From an uncultured Gammaproteobacteria bacterium (lineage in GTDB: Bacteria > Patescibacteriota > Patescibacteriia > Magasanikbacterales > UBA922), in the NCBI GenBank assembly GCA_964447765.1, contig CAYUTO010000001.1, positions 121,125 through 185,124 of the forward strand: 64,000 bases of DNA. The letters run 5' to 3'. The position numbers and the translations under genes were made by a program. This document shows positions 10,368 to 20,890 of the stretch, in pieces. The notes under the pieces were generated by a model that did not search any database, was not told where the DNA came from, and saw nothing but the letters and a program-made list of their open reading frames with translations. Position 1 is the first letter of the stretch. Each line of letters starts with the position of its first letter.

Positions 10368-13253
10368 CTATTCAACACTGCAGGCAATCGCATTTAGTTT
10401 CCCCCTCGTCTGTGGACCAATGTACCCGACACGATCAATGCCATGTTCTGCTTGGAATTTTATTACCGCTTCACGAGTAAGGGGTCCAAAAAAACCAGTT
10501 GGAGCATGCGACAAGTACGATGATTTATTAAGAAGCTCCTGAGCAATCGTAACCCATGTATTCTGCATCCCATACATCAAGGTTGTTGTGGTGTCTAGGC
10601 ATTTTTTTGCAGTATTTTCTAAAAGAGGTGGCGGCACTACCGTTGAAGATGCACATTGCTCCTCATGGATTTTCTTTATTTTTACAAGACTGGTTGTGTA
10701 GACATACCCAGTCCCCTTTGAGATACCCCATGGTGTTAAAATTTCTGCAACATTTTTCTCTTGCCAACGAACCACTGCATCAAAGTCTACCCGGTCGTAA
10801 AATCCATCAACAGATAATTGTGCATGTTCGTACGTATTTAAAAATTTCTCGAGCAATCGCACATCATCTGGATTATTTTGAAACCCAATACGAATAGGAT
10901 TTTTTAGATATAATTCAACCCCACAAGAAAGTCCTTTTTCCATCTGAACAGGGGTGAGTGTAATTGAATCAGAAATGACCAAAGTTCCACCTTCGAATGA
11001 ACGAAGTTTAATATACACCGTTTTCATTCCAGCCCCACTACTCAATCTATACTCAGTAGGATTTGCAAATGAGACAAATAAACCATTGGCAAAATTAGGA
11101 TCTTCGCTGATTACCATCTGCATTGCATTATCTGCATTGATAGTAAGAATCACGTTATTATCTGCCGTTTCTTCTGCACCACCATTTATAAGAAGTGCAC
11201 CAATTGTAGGCGTAACTCCAGGATGTGTGATCGGGACACTCGGAGGAATAAAAGTTCCCCCACCACTCTCCTGCATTTCATGACCAAACAATCCAAAAAT
11301 TGAAAAACTATCTGAAGTACAGCTAATAGTATTTATTGAAGCACTGACCGTGCAATCATCTAGAGCCCTCCATGCACTATTGTGGTAGTGGTACAGTAAC
11401 AAAGATGATTCATCCAGACCTTGAATTTCATCATTTGAATACGTATAGGTAATTGTTACTGGAGTATCAAACGAATCAAGAATAATTGAATCATTGATAA
11501 TCGCTTTTACATCAAACACAATGTCCCCTACTACAGCATCAGGGCCGGTCGGCATACCCGTATTTGGCAGTACAGTACCTTTCTGTAGCGCATGGATTTG
11601 AATGACTAGACTATCAGAGTCTTCGGTCACCCCCGTTGGAACAACAACCTGAATAGTCGATTTTTCTGTAGGAAGCGAAGCTGAACCTCCTGACACAACA
11701 TCCATAGGAGTGGACGTTGCACTTGAGGCACTAACAATTGATTCACCTAAACATCCAGTAGTTATAAATTCTTGCGCAGTAGAGGATACTGTATTACCCG
11801 ACGCATCACGCGACTGTACAGTATAGAAGTACGTCGTACAAGCAAGAAGTGGCGATAGATCTACTTGATGCGAGACTACTCGAGGACTTATATCAGATTC
11901 AGCTGTGCTTACGGTTAAATTTTGTGTTAACCCAAAATACACTCTACTTGATGCAAGCTCATTAGTACTCCATGAGATAGTAGTTGACGTCTGCCCAGGC
12001 GTCGAGGTCACATTAGTAATTACTGGTGCAGTAAAATCACCCGTAGTAAAATTCCATGTAGTACTATTAGAAATACCTGAGTACCCAACTAACGATACAT
12101 TAGTAAAGGCTGTGGACGACACAAGCACATAATATCCGGTTTGTTCGTCAAAAATGACTGAAGGATTTACCGTAATCGTATTAGTTCCACCTCCACTGAC
12201 CTGAGCACTCAAGACCGAAATTTGCTCGACCAAACTACCGTCAGAGCTCTTTCGAACTTCGATATACCCTGTACTTGTAACTACAGTACTACTAAATACC
12301 ATAGTCAAGTTTGGTTCAACCGCAATTCCAGTTGCATTATCTGCAGGTGTCCGAGAATTCAAGACTGGAGCACTCACCGTTGTGATTGATACGTTTTTTC
12401 CAGACACACCAGGCAAATTTCCTGGTTCCCCAAACTCTACCACATATCCTGAAATCGAATAATCACACGGCAAATCATTCCAGGTACCATTAGTCACATA
12501 GAATTGACCACAATCTTCACCTACTCCATGGTCATTTGGTTCTGAACCTGCCCAGTTTTCATAATTTCCGCCCACAGCACTTCCACCTGCAGCGCCTGAC
12601 CAAAACTGTGTCCCATTCTCAGGACCGGTAACCCATTTCCAATTCCCTTCTTGCACTGAGTCGCTTGCACCCATCCATCCATCCCCTTGGAGACGATCGG
12701 CAACAAAATCGTTTTCTTCTTGAGAGAGAATCGTTGCTAGATATCCCGGCACCCCGTACGCAGTCTGATTCTGAGCAGCGGTCACCGCACTGTTCCAGCT
12801 GATTACACCCGAAATAAATTTGTACAAATGTCCATTGTCTGCAAAAAAGACTTCACCCTGCTCTACCAACGAAACCTCAAGTGTGTCCGTGCCAGTGCCA
12901 CCACGTGTATAGGTAAGCGTCTGCAATGCTGCATTGATATTGGCGACTGTTCCACTAAATTGTAATGTGGAGCCAGTCTGCCCTCCCGTAAAGGTCAACC
13001 CGGTCACTGATCCGAAGGCAAGCGTACCATTAGTCACCAGCAACTTTACTGGTGTAGTAGAGGCGCTATTTCCTATCAATTGTATGTCAGTGACCTGAGT
13101 GGCTACCCCAACCGTCGTAGTAGCAGCATCTGGACCTGATATGGTAATTGAACCTGAAGCACTAACTCTATTAACTCCACTAAATAGTAAAATAAAGACA
13201 CTAATTCCAACTATAGTACTCGAAAAGATATACGCAACACGTTTATATAACAT
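10368..13253 (-). CDS. Large secreted surface protein with C-type lectin domain (EPN motif), Ig/FN3-like repeats and C-terminal peptidoglycan-binding domain
   Basis: Signal peptide present. CTLD signature WMGASD...EGNWKWV...NWAGSEPND...GEDCGQF...GTWNDLPC. C-terminal PG_binding_1-like segment (LTREAVIKFQAEHGIDRVGYIGPQTRGKL). Confidence 0.7.
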   Translation of the reverse strand: MLYKRVAYIFSSTIVGISVFILLFSGVNRVSASGSITISGPDAATTTVGVATQVTDIQLIGNSASTTPVKLLVTNGTLAFGSVTGLTFTGGQTGSTLQFSGTVANINAALQTLTYTRGGTGTDTLEVSLVEQGEVFFADNGHLYKFISGVISWNSAVTAAQNQTAYGVPGYLATILSQEENDFVADRLQGDGWMGASDSVQEGNWKWVTGPENGTQFWSGAAGGSAVGGNYENWAGSEPNDHGVGEDCGQFYVTNGTWNDLPCDYSISGYVVEFGEPGNLPGVSGKNVSITTVSAPVLNSRTPADNATGIAVEPNLTMVFSSTVVTSTGYIEVRKSSDGSLVEQISVLSAQVSGGGTNTITVNPSVIFDEQTGYYVLVSSTAFTNVSLVGYSGISNSTTWNFTTGDFTAPVITNVTSTPGQTSTTISWSTNELASSRVYFGLTQNLTVSTAESDISPRVVSHQVDLSPLLACTTYFYTVQSRDASGNTVSSTAQEFITTGCLGESIVSASSATSTPMDVVSGGSASLPTEKSTIQVVVPTGVTEDSDSLVIQIHALQKGTVLPNTGMPTGPDAVVGDIVFDVKAIINDSIILDSFDTPVTITYTYSNDEIQGLDESSLLLYHYHNSAWRALDDCTVSASINTISCTSDSFSIFGLFGHEMQESGGGTFIPPSVPITHPGVTPTIGALLINGGAEETADNNVILTINADNAMQMVISEDPNFANGLFVSFANPTEYRLSSGAGMKTVYIKLRSFEGGTLVISDSITLTPVQMEKGLSCGVELYLKNPIRIGFQNNPDDVRLLEKFLNTYEHAQLSVDGFYDRVDFDAVVRWQEKNVAEILTPWGISKGTGYVYTTSLVKIKKIHEEQCASSTVVPPPLLENTAKKCLDTTTTLMYGMQNTWVTIAQELLNKSSYLSHAPTGFFGPLTREAVIKFQAEHGIDRVGYIGPQTRGKLNAIACSVE

Positions 13254-13374
13254 AAATGAAGATAAAATTTTTTAAAGTATATCAAATTTCTTTTAAAAAA
13301 AATATACTCTTTTGTTTGTAGTAAAAATAAAAAACTCTATTTACTGAATTTTTTATCACAAAATCATTATCTGA

Positions 13375-14478
13375 CTACGCACTTTTAAACTCTCCTACAA
13401 TTGCCTCAAGTATATCGTGGAAGCTAATGATACCCAAGACCTCACCCGTCCCTTTATTATCAGTAATAAGTACAATACTCACCGATGATCTTTTGAGTCT
13501 TTCGATCGCCACAAGAGATGGTACATCTGCATTGATATGCATCACTGGCTGAATGAGCGCCTGCAAGTCAATTCCTCCTTTTTCATTCTTAAACAAATGA
13601 GACAACACGTCTTTGGTCTCTATAGCCCCAAGATTTTTATCGAGCGATCCTTCACACACCGGAAAAACTGATCGATCACTTCCGGTTATTTTGTTTCTAA
13701 TAGTATCGGTCGAATCATTGATATCGAGCCACACCACTTCCTGATCAGGAGTCATAAAATCACTAATCGGTCTATTTCCCAAGTGAAATATACTTTCTAC
13801 CATTTTTTGTTCTGCTCTCTCAAAAATTCCACTTTCAGCTCCTTCGGCAATCAGTAATTTTATTTCCTCCTCACTAACTATTTGTTCAGTAGCAGGCTTG
13901 ATTCGAAGTAACTTGAGAAAAAAATCGGTGGATACACTAAGTAATGCCACCATCGGTGTCGCAATCCGCATGATCATCGTGATAGGTCCTGCAACCTTCA
14001 GTGATATTTTCTCTGGATTAGACAAAGCAATTTGTTTTGGAACCAATTCACCAATCACAAGCGACAGAAATGTAATAATGATAACGACCACAATCACACT
14101 TACGGGCTCTGCATATGCAGCAGTAAGCGCAAATGTTTTCAACCACTGTTCCATATGCTCAGCAACGGTTGCCCCACCAAATGCGCCAGCAAATATTCCA
14201 ATCATCGTAATACCTATCTGAACGGTAGAAAGCATTTCAGGAGATTTGCGAGTCAAAAATAGTGCTTTTTGTGCCTTGATATTCCCCTGTTTGGACAACT
14301 GTCTCAAACGACTTTTTTTTACACTTAACAAAGCTATTTCGGATAACGAAAAATAGCCATTGAGTACAATTAAGGCCACTATTAATAATACTTCGATTAT
14401 AATGTTTGACATATGCAGTAAATGAGTAACGGTTGTGTATTGTAGCACACTTCTATTTGTTTTTACAGTCCTCGACAT
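13375..14478 (-). CDS. CNNM/HlyC/CorC-family transporter (DUF21 TM domain plus CBS pair)
   Basis: Four N-terminal TM helices followed by tandem CBS-like segments. Typical TlyC/CorC architecture. Confidence 0.65.
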   Translation of the reverse strand: MSRTVKTNRSVLQYTTVTHLLHMSNIIIEVLLIVALIVLNGYFSLSEIALLSVKKSRLRQLSKQGNIKAQKALFLTRKSPEMLSTVQIGITMIGIFAGAFGGATVAEHMEQWLKTFALTAAYAEPVSVIVVVIIITFLSLVIGELVPKQIALSNPEKISLKVAGPITMIMRIATPMVALLSVSTDFFLKLLRIKPATEQIVSEEEIKLLIAEGAESGIFERAEQKMVESIFHLGNRPISDFMTPDQEVVWLDINDSTDTIRNKITGSDRSVFPVCEGSLDKNLGAIETKDVLSHLFKNEKGGIDLQALIQPVMHINADVPSLVAIERLKRSSVSIVLITDNKGTGEVLGIISFHDILEAIVGEFKSA

Positions 14479-14552
14479 CAGCCACGTATATACATAAAAA
14501 ACTGTCTAAATAAGCCAGTTTTACTAATACTTAACTGAACCTACAATCAAAC

Positions 14553-15218
14553 TTATTTTATAGAAAATACTTTTTTGATTGACGTCTTCTTTGGTTTTAC
14601 TGAAAAATCAAACCAGCAGATAATCGCGCTTACAATTGCAGCAAAAAAGCACCACACCGAGGTGAAATTGACCATATATAATTTCCACGCAACAAGTGCT
14701 AGCATCCAGAATACAAAATACAAAAATCTAACATTACGATTACTTGAAATAAGACCAGCTACAATAGTCGTGAGGCCATACACTACGATTGCAAGCGTGC
14801 CAAATGGGGTGACGTAATCATAGTAGATACAACTATTCACGACGGTGGCTGATGCAGGGTTCATGATAAACGCCCCATACAGTGCAACACCGAGCATAAT
14901 TCCAGCCCCTGACAATCCCATCAGTATGTGTTTCCGTCGTGGGTTTTCCTCAAGTATATATACACTGAACGGTGCGTAGGCAGGCCACCAGAAAAGTGCA
15001 AAAAAGAGAAATAGATACGTAAAAAGCAAGGTGTATGTTCCACTCCCCTGAATATTCAACCACAACATCCCCTCAATTAATTGTTGTATTGCAAAAATAA
15101 ACGGTATAACCGCAATTGGTAACACTTTTTTTATTCTCTGATTCTTGATCACAGCCGCACCGCCAGCAACTGAAAGAAGTGCTGCAGCAGTAAAACTCGC
15201 TTCTGGAGAAAAACACAT
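14553..15218 (-). CDS. Polytopic membrane protein, hypothetical
   Basis: Hydrophobic 221-aa ORF. Confidence 0.4.
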   Translation of the reverse strand: MCFSPEASFTAAALLSVAGGAAVIKNQRIKKVLPIAVIPFIFAIQQLIEGMLWLNIQGSGTYTLLFTYLFLFFALFWWPAYAPFSVYILEENPRRKHILMGLSGAGIMLGVALYGAFIMNPASATVVNSCIYYDYVTPFGTLAIVVYGLTTIVAGLISSNRNVRFLYFVFWMLALVAWKLYMVNFTSVWCFFAAIVSAIICWFDFSVKPKKTSIKKVFSIK

Positions 15219-15262
15219 AATGTAAAAATGTATGGGACAAGTATAGCATGAAAAGTGTAAAT

Positions 15263-15294
15263 AAAAAATCCTGATACATACTCAGGATTTTTTA
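15263..15294. terminator. Bidirectional rho-independent terminator
   Basis: aaaaaatcctga...tcaggatttttt palindrome. Confidence 0.55.
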
Positions 15295-15313
15295 TTACTC
15301 ACCTATTTGAAAA

Positions 15314-16699
15314 CTACGTATGTCCATTAGTAAAGACTCTCCGCTCAAGTTCATCAAAATCGTAGTTTTGTGGAAAATACTCTTCAAAAAGTTTCATCGC
15401 TGGTTCACCGGAATATTCAAGGCGACGTGACGCATAATGCATCGCAAGAATCATTTCTTCAGGCTCCCCTACGCAATCAAATGGCTTAAATCCTTCGATA
15501 CCAAGGATACGTCTAAAAACGGGTAGGAGGCGCTTTTTGGCATACAGATCAGCACCGAATATATTGACTAGTTCTTTTTTTGGTAGAAATGCAGAGAAGC
15601 AGGCAAAGAGGAATATGCATTTTGGACATCGCTTACACCAATAGTTTGTACGCGACATACGCTGTATCACACGTGGCTCCCAAAAATAGGTATTACAGCT
15701 CGTAAAGTTGTAGAGGTACTGAGGATACTCGACGAATCGCTCCACGATCTCAAGTTCGCTGTATTCCCGCAAGAGCGAGCGCGTGGAAATGTCTGGCGTG
15801 ATATAGGATTGCATGTACTCATTGATCATTTTTTCCGCTGCAGATGATTTGCACCACTGATGATTCACGGGTAAGCCGAGATACTCTAGGTTACCAAAAT
15901 CAGCACTACGTTCGTTCGAGAAAATGATTGAGTTGTAACCGAGAAGTTCTGCGAGTAGTGTCGCTGTAAATGTAAATGTCGAGACCGATGGATACGCACC
16001 CGATAATATTGCATTGAGCCATGGATCACGACGACGAGTGACACTAATAGTCTTTGCACCCACGAGATGTGCAATGCGTTTGTGAGCGGGTGTTGGTGCA
16101 AAAGCAAAAAAGTCGAATGGTGTATCTGATGCTTTTAATATTTCCGCAGAGAGAATAGAATCTTTGCCTGCACCATTCAAAAGCAGTGCTCGCGGGGAAC
16201 ATTCGAGTCGTGCGGGCGTCGGTGCGACAAGAGAATCATCATACGGAAACGCAATGAGATTACGGAAATCAATCTGCATGAGGTAGAAAAATTCTCCAAG
16301 CCCATGTAGATAGAGCGTGTCCCAGAAATGCGCTTGCTCACGCGTGAGCGCAAACCCTTCGATTTTAATGTTCCTGGTTGGGAATGCACTCCAGTAGTTG
16401 ATGCCGATCATGATGAGTAATGCTTGCAGAGTCGGCTCGAGCACTGCTTTTGGTACTTTTTCCCACAATTCTGGCCCTACATCTGAAAATACGAGTTGAT
16501 CTGTAAACGTTTTAGTTATTCCAAATGTAAATTCAACGTGATAGGTAAAAAATATGGTTGAACGCTTTGCGTCAACTTTGTACGCACCAAACGTAAATGA
16601 CGATGCACGTAGTAATTTTACCGGATGCCACATATTTGTATGTTCAATTTTCGTAATGATAGCATAGGGCTTTCTTTGCGAATTGAAAAATAGACGCAA
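15314..16699 (-). CDS. Hypothetical protein with PP-loop-like ATP pyrophosphatase motif (NGAGKDS) and C-terminal Cys cluster
   Basis: LLLNGAGKDSILSAEIL resembles the SGGxDS PP-loop. A CKRCPKC cluster lies near the C-terminus. Last gene of the carotenoid operon strand. Confidence 0.4.
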   Translation of the reverse strand: MRLFFNSQRKPYAIITKIEHTNMWHPVKLLRASSFTFGAYKVDAKRSTIFFTYHVEFTFGITKTFTDQLVFSDVGPELWEKVPKAVLEPTLQALLIMIGINYWSAFPTRNIKIEGFALTREQAHFWDTLYLHGLGEFFYLMQIDFRNLIAFPYDDSLVAPTPARLECSPRALLLNGAGKDSILSAEILKASDTPFDFFAFAPTPAHKRIAHLVGAKTISVTRRRDPWLNAILSGAYPSVSTFTFTATLLAELLGYNSIIFSNERSADFGNLEYLGLPVNHQWCKSSAAEKMINEYMQSYITPDISTRSLLREYSELEIVERFVEYPQYLYNFTSCNTYFWEPRVIQRMSRTNYWCKRCPKCIFLFACFSAFLPKKELVNIFGADLYAKKRLLPVFRRILGIEGFKPFDCVGEPEEMILAMHYASRRLEYSGEPAMKLFEEYFPQNYDFDELERRVFTNGHT

Positions 16700-16712
16700 T
16701 ATAAATCATCGA

Positions 16713-17555
16713 TCAAAATAAAAATACCACGCTTGTAAATAATGCAAAACCCACAATGGTATTTAATAAAGGAAAATACCAGTACGCTTTTTGTACATGA
16801 CCCGGATAAAATAAAAGATATAAAGGAATAAAAAGATAGGCTAAGACCATAAAACCCAAAATAGATATGGGGAAATACAGCCATAAAACGAAAACTGATA
16901 TAAGCCATAACAACAGACACAAAACCAGCGATTGTCGAACACCTAGCACTACTGCGGTAGTAGAAAGACCTGCCTTGGCGTCGCTTGAGATATCAGGAAC
17001 TGCCGAGAATAAATGCATAGCCCAGGTCCAACAGCACACACCGATAATAATAGGCCAAGGAGGCAAATGCCCAACAACTTGTACATAACCAATAAAACCA
17101 GGCAGGCCATATAAAAGGTTTGATACAAAATCAATAAAAGGATGGGCTTTGAACCGTAGAGGTGGAGCACTATAAAAATAGGACAGGAAATAAAATAAGC
17201 ATAATAAGAAAGCTAGCAACACCGAACTCGCCGTAATTAAAACTCCCACATTCACCATAGTAATAACTAGTAGTGTAATGCGTAATTTGACTATTTGCGA
17301 AACCACCAACAACTGTTCCTGTGCACCTTTTTTTTGATTAAACTGGTCTGTATCACTATCATATAAATCATTTACCCCGTATAAAAAAATATTAGCCGGG
17401 ATAAGAAAAAATAATACGTAGACAAAAAATTGGGGGTTTAAAAAATCTTGCAGGCTAGTGATACCAGCCGCATACCCTACTACATAGGTCCCAGCTATAT
17501 ACAACCAAAATCTTGGCCGAGATAGTCTGTATAAGAATAATAGATAATTAATCAT
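16713..17555 (-). CDS. UbiA-family prenyltransferase (candidate lycopene elongase CrtEb/LyeJ-like)
   Basis: Polytopic membrane protein with the Asp-rich NDLYDSDTD motif (NDxxDxxxD). Embedded in the carotenoid cluster. Confidence 0.6.
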   Translation of the reverse strand: MINYLLFLYRLSRPRFWLYIAGTYVVGYAAGITSLQDFLNPQFFVYVLFFLIPANIFLYGVNDLYDSDTDQFNQKKGAQEQLLVVSQIVKLRITLLVITMVNVGVLITASSVLLAFLLCLFYFLSYFYSAPPLRFKAHPFIDFVSNLLYGLPGFIGYVQVVGHLPPWPIIIGVCCWTWAMHLFSAVPDISSDAKAGLSTTAVVLGVRQSLVLCLLLWLISVFVLWLYFPISILGFMVLAYLFIPLYLLFYPGHVQKAYWYFPLLNTIVGFALFTSVVFLF

Positions 17556-18613
17556 GTTGAACGGTTAAGATTAAAAGCGAGAAGGTCGTCCAAAAGCTGT
17601 TTTTGTTTGGAGTCAAATGGAAGCCCCGCAATAATTTTCTTAGCTTCCTTGATTTCTTTTTCTAAAAGAACCTGAATTTTGTCTATAACGCTATACTTAA
17701 CAATCAGTTCACGAACTTGCATTAACTGTTGTTTTCCAGCGGCAGGATTACCAAATATAGTTCCAAGCAATTTTTGCTCAGCTTTGGTAGCATGCTTATA
17801 CAAAAAATAATAATATAACGTCTGCTTACCTTCGCGAATATCTGACCCACATGGCTTACCGATTTTTTCCTGCTCCCCATACATACCTAATTCATCATCT
17901 TTAATCTGGAAAATAATTCCAATATGTTCTCCCAACTTCGCCAAACTGTTCACGGTATCAGATGCCACACCAGCAGCTATGCCGCCTAGCATAAAGGGCA
18001 ACGAGAATGTATAACGCGCCGTCTTATACCTATACAGTCGGAGGATTTCATGTATAGTCACCGATTGAGACACCGATCCAGCCCAGACATCTTGCATTTG
18101 CGCAAAACCAACCTTACATAATTCCTGAGAAAAAATTTGTACCAGCTTCTGACCTAACACTGCTTGTGAAACAGGCAGAGATGCCAACAGATCAAAGCTT
18201 AAAAATATCGCCACATCTCCAACACATACACCGAGAGATTCACCTAGATGATCCGCGTGCTTGCTTTTACTGGCATGTGCCAACATCTGATATTGGCGAT
18301 AAACAGTAGGCTGACCGCGACGTAAACCATCACAATCCATAATATCATCATGTATAACTAGGGCTGTATGGACAATCTCAATTGCGGCCGCCAGTTTCTG
18401 ACATGTTTCATCTGGCTTTTTTTGCGCCAATTCATAAGCCATATACACTAATCCTCCCCGAACCATTTTACCCTGACTGGCTGTGGCACGAAGTCTACGC
18501 AAGGCATCTACACTCCACCGATTTACGGGTTTATACAAAGCAATCTGATGAGTTACATACTCATTTAAAAATGGTGCAATTGACTGTTTGGTCGCGGCGA
18601 AATATTCTTTCAT
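17552..18613 (-). CDS. crtE: Polyprenyl (GGPP-type) diphosphate synthase
   Basis: First Asp-rich motif VIHDDIMDCD and second FQIKDDELG. The stop overlaps the next gene by 4 nt. Confidence 0.7.
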   Translation of the reverse strand: MKEYFAATKQSIAPFLNEYVTHQIALYKPVNRWSVDALRRLRATASQGKMVRGGLVYMAYELAQKKPDETCQKLAAAIEIVHTALVIHDDIMDCDGLRRGQPTVYRQYQMLAHASKSKHADHLGESLGVCVGDVAIFLSFDLLASLPVSQAVLGQKLVQIFSQELCKVGFAQMQDVWAGSVSQSVTIHEILRLYRYKTARYTFSLPFMLGGIAAGVASDTVNSLAKLGEHIGIIFQIKDDELGMYGEQEKIGKPCGSDIREGKQTLYYYFLYKHATKAEQKLLGTIFGNPAAGKQQLMQVRELIVKYSVIDKIQVLLEKEIKEAKKIIAGLPFDSKQKQLLDDLLAFNLNRST

Positions 18614-19428
18614 ACAAGATTACAAATTAACTGCTTCACAATACGAGCTTTAGATGGTTTTACTTTTGTTTTAAAAATAATAAATGGATCACTCTCAATA
18701 ACCTTGGCTGTGTAACGATACATATCGGCCGCGGTTTTTATAGGTAAGAGAGTACGACGAGAAAAATAACTAAAACCAACTTCTCCTTGCTTTTGCCAGT
18801 CACGGTAGCGCTCCAATTCTTGCTGGATTACATTTTTAAATGCTTGCGGATTAGCACGTGCTGTAGCTTCGGTAAGATTCTCGAATCCGAATGGACGAAG
18901 TACTTCCAGGGGAATATATTGTCTCCCCAACCCAATATCTTCGGAAATATCTCGAATAAAATTAATATACTGAAATCCCCGACCCAGTAACTGCGCAGTC
19001 TCGTATGATTCAGCTGGCAGACCAAGCAATTTGGTCATAACAAGACCGATAACTTCAGCTGATCCATAAATATACGTACACAGCTCTTCAAGAGTATGGT
19101 AATTTTTTTTCGAAATATCAGCGGTCATGGCTGCTAGAAATGATTCTATCCAGGAAGCAGGAATCTCGCGACGACGCATTACCTCTACAAACGAATCAAT
19201 AATAATATCGTTTGCAGACGTACCGCTCAAAGCCCGAGCATATTTTTGTTTAAAATCTAAAAATGCTTCTAGGCGAGGTGGAACCACATCCACCATATCA
19301 TCTGCTACGCGCACAAAAGCATAAAACTTAAAAATATCGTCACGTACCTCTGCAGGAAAAAATAAACTGCTCGTAAAAAAAGTCTTACTCCCCTGTTTAA
19401 ATATCTGATAAATCTTTTTATCCACCAT
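18610..19428 (-). CDS. crtB: Phytoene synthase
   Basis: Squalene/phytoene synthase motifs (YIYGSAEVIGLVM, GRGFQYINFIRDISEDIGLGRQYIP). Confidence 0.75.
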   Translation of the reverse strand: MVDKKIYQIFKQGSKTFFTSSLFFPAEVRDDIFKFYAFVRVADDMVDVVPPRLEAFLDFKQKYARALSGTSANDIIIDSFVEVMRRREIPASWIESFLAAMTADISKKNYHTLEELCTYIYGSAEVIGLVMTKLLGLPAESYETAQLLGRGFQYINFIRDISEDIGLGRQYIPLEVLRPFGFENLTEATARANPQAFKNVIQQELERYRDWQKQGEVGFSYFSRRTLLPIKTAADMYRYTAKVIESDPFIIFKTKVKPSKARIVKQLICNLV

Positions 19429-20890
19429 AATTATTTTTGATATTACTAGCTACGAGTTGCGACGAGATAAGACACATTGGCATACCAATACCAGGATGCG
19501 TATACTGACCCGTATAATATAAATTAGCAACCTTTTTACTCTGATGGCGAGGCCGAAAGACTGCGGTTTGCATGAGAGTATGACTTAGGCCTAAAGCCGT
19601 ACCTTTATAGGCATTAAATAACTCTTTAAAATCACGATGAGAAATAATTTTTTGTACTACCGGATTATGCAGGTCTTCCCCCAACAAGCCTCCTAAATGA
19701 GTAAGTATCTTTTCCGCATATCGCGCTCGCAGATCATCTGAATCTTCTAAGCCCGCAGCTACGGGAACTAACACAAACAAAGCTTCGCCTCCCGGTGGCA
19801 CGATCGTCGAATCAGTTTTTGAAGCACAGGAGACGTAATACGAAGGATGCTCTGGCCACGACGGATCTTCAAAAATAGTATCAAAATGCTTCATCCAGTC
19901 ATGATCAAAAAATAAACTATGATGTTCAAGCCCCTTGATTTTACGATCATACCCTAAACACAGGATAAAAGCAGAGGGTGCTACGGTACGCTTCTCCCAA
20001 TATGACTCGCTATATGTTTGAAATTTCTTATCCAACAAAGCAGTTTCGGTGTGATGATAGTCAGAATTAGCAATAACAATATCTGCCTCTACCAAAGTTC
20101 CATTAACGATCACTCCACGCGCGCGACCATCGACTACTTCTATACGCTCAACTGGACTATTATACGTCATACGTGTGCCATATGACTCAGCCAACGTTAC
20201 CAATGCCTGCACGACGCGATTAATACCACCTTCTGGATACCACACACCCAAATTAAAATCTATGTGTGACATAAGCGAATAAATCGCGGGCGTATTTTTG
20301 GGAGCTCCTCCTAAAAATACCATACTATATTCCAAAATCTTTCGCAGCTTATCATTTTTAAAATATCTTTTGGTATATTTGTCCAATGTTTCAAACACAT
20401 GAAGTTTTCTGCCTTCAATAAGCATCTGGCGATTAAAAAAAGATAACAGCGATGTATAATCTTTATACAAAAAATCTTTCATTGATACATCATATTGATA
20501 CTTGGACTGAGCCAGATAACGAGATAGTTGAAGAGCTGCTCCCGGCTCAATGGATTCAAAAAGGTCCATGTTTTTTTGTAGATCTGCGGAAATATCAACA
20601 TAATCGTCTTTTCCATAAAAAATACGATAGGCCGGATCCAAACGTTTAAGGGTAAAAAAATCTTCCGGCTTTTTATCAAATTCCGCAAAAAACTTTTCAA
20701 ATACATCGGGCATTAAGTACCAGGAAGGACCGAGGTCAAATAAAAACCCACTCTCTTGATAGATACTTGCTCTACCCCCGGGCTGACTATTTTTCTCAAA
20801 AACGGTCACCGCAAAACCATCTTTGGCCAGCAGTGCCGCGGACGAAAGACCACCAAATCCAGCGCCAATAATAATTGCTTTTTTAGGCAT
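19418..20890 (-). CDS. crtI: Phytoene desaturase (CrtI family)
   Basis: N-terminal FAD fold IIGAGFGGLSSAALLAKDGFAVTVFEKNSQPGGRA. 490 aa. Confidence 0.75.
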   Translation of the reverse strand: MPKKAIIIGAGFGGLSSAALLAKDGFAVTVFEKNSQPGGRASIYQESGFLFDLGPSWYLMPDVFEKFFAEFDKKPEDFFTLKRLDPAYRIFYGKDDYVDISADLQKNMDLFESIEPGAALQLSRYLAQSKYQYDVSMKDFLYKDYTSLLSFFNRQMLIEGRKLHVFETLDKYTKRYFKNDKLRKILEYSMVFLGGAPKNTPAIYSLMSHIDFNLGVWYPEGGINRVVQALVTLAESYGTRMTYNSPVERIEVVDGRARGVIVNGTLVEADIVIANSDYHHTETALLDKKFQTYSESYWEKRTVAPSAFILCLGYDRKIKGLEHHSLFFDHDWMKHFDTIFEDPSWPEHPSYYVSCASKTDSTIVPPGGEALFVLVPVAAGLEDSDDLRARYAEKILTHLGGLLGEDLHNPVVQKIISHRDFKELFNAYKGTALGLSHTLMQTAVFRPRHQSKKVANLYYTGQYTHPGIGMPMCLISSQLVASNIKNNYGG

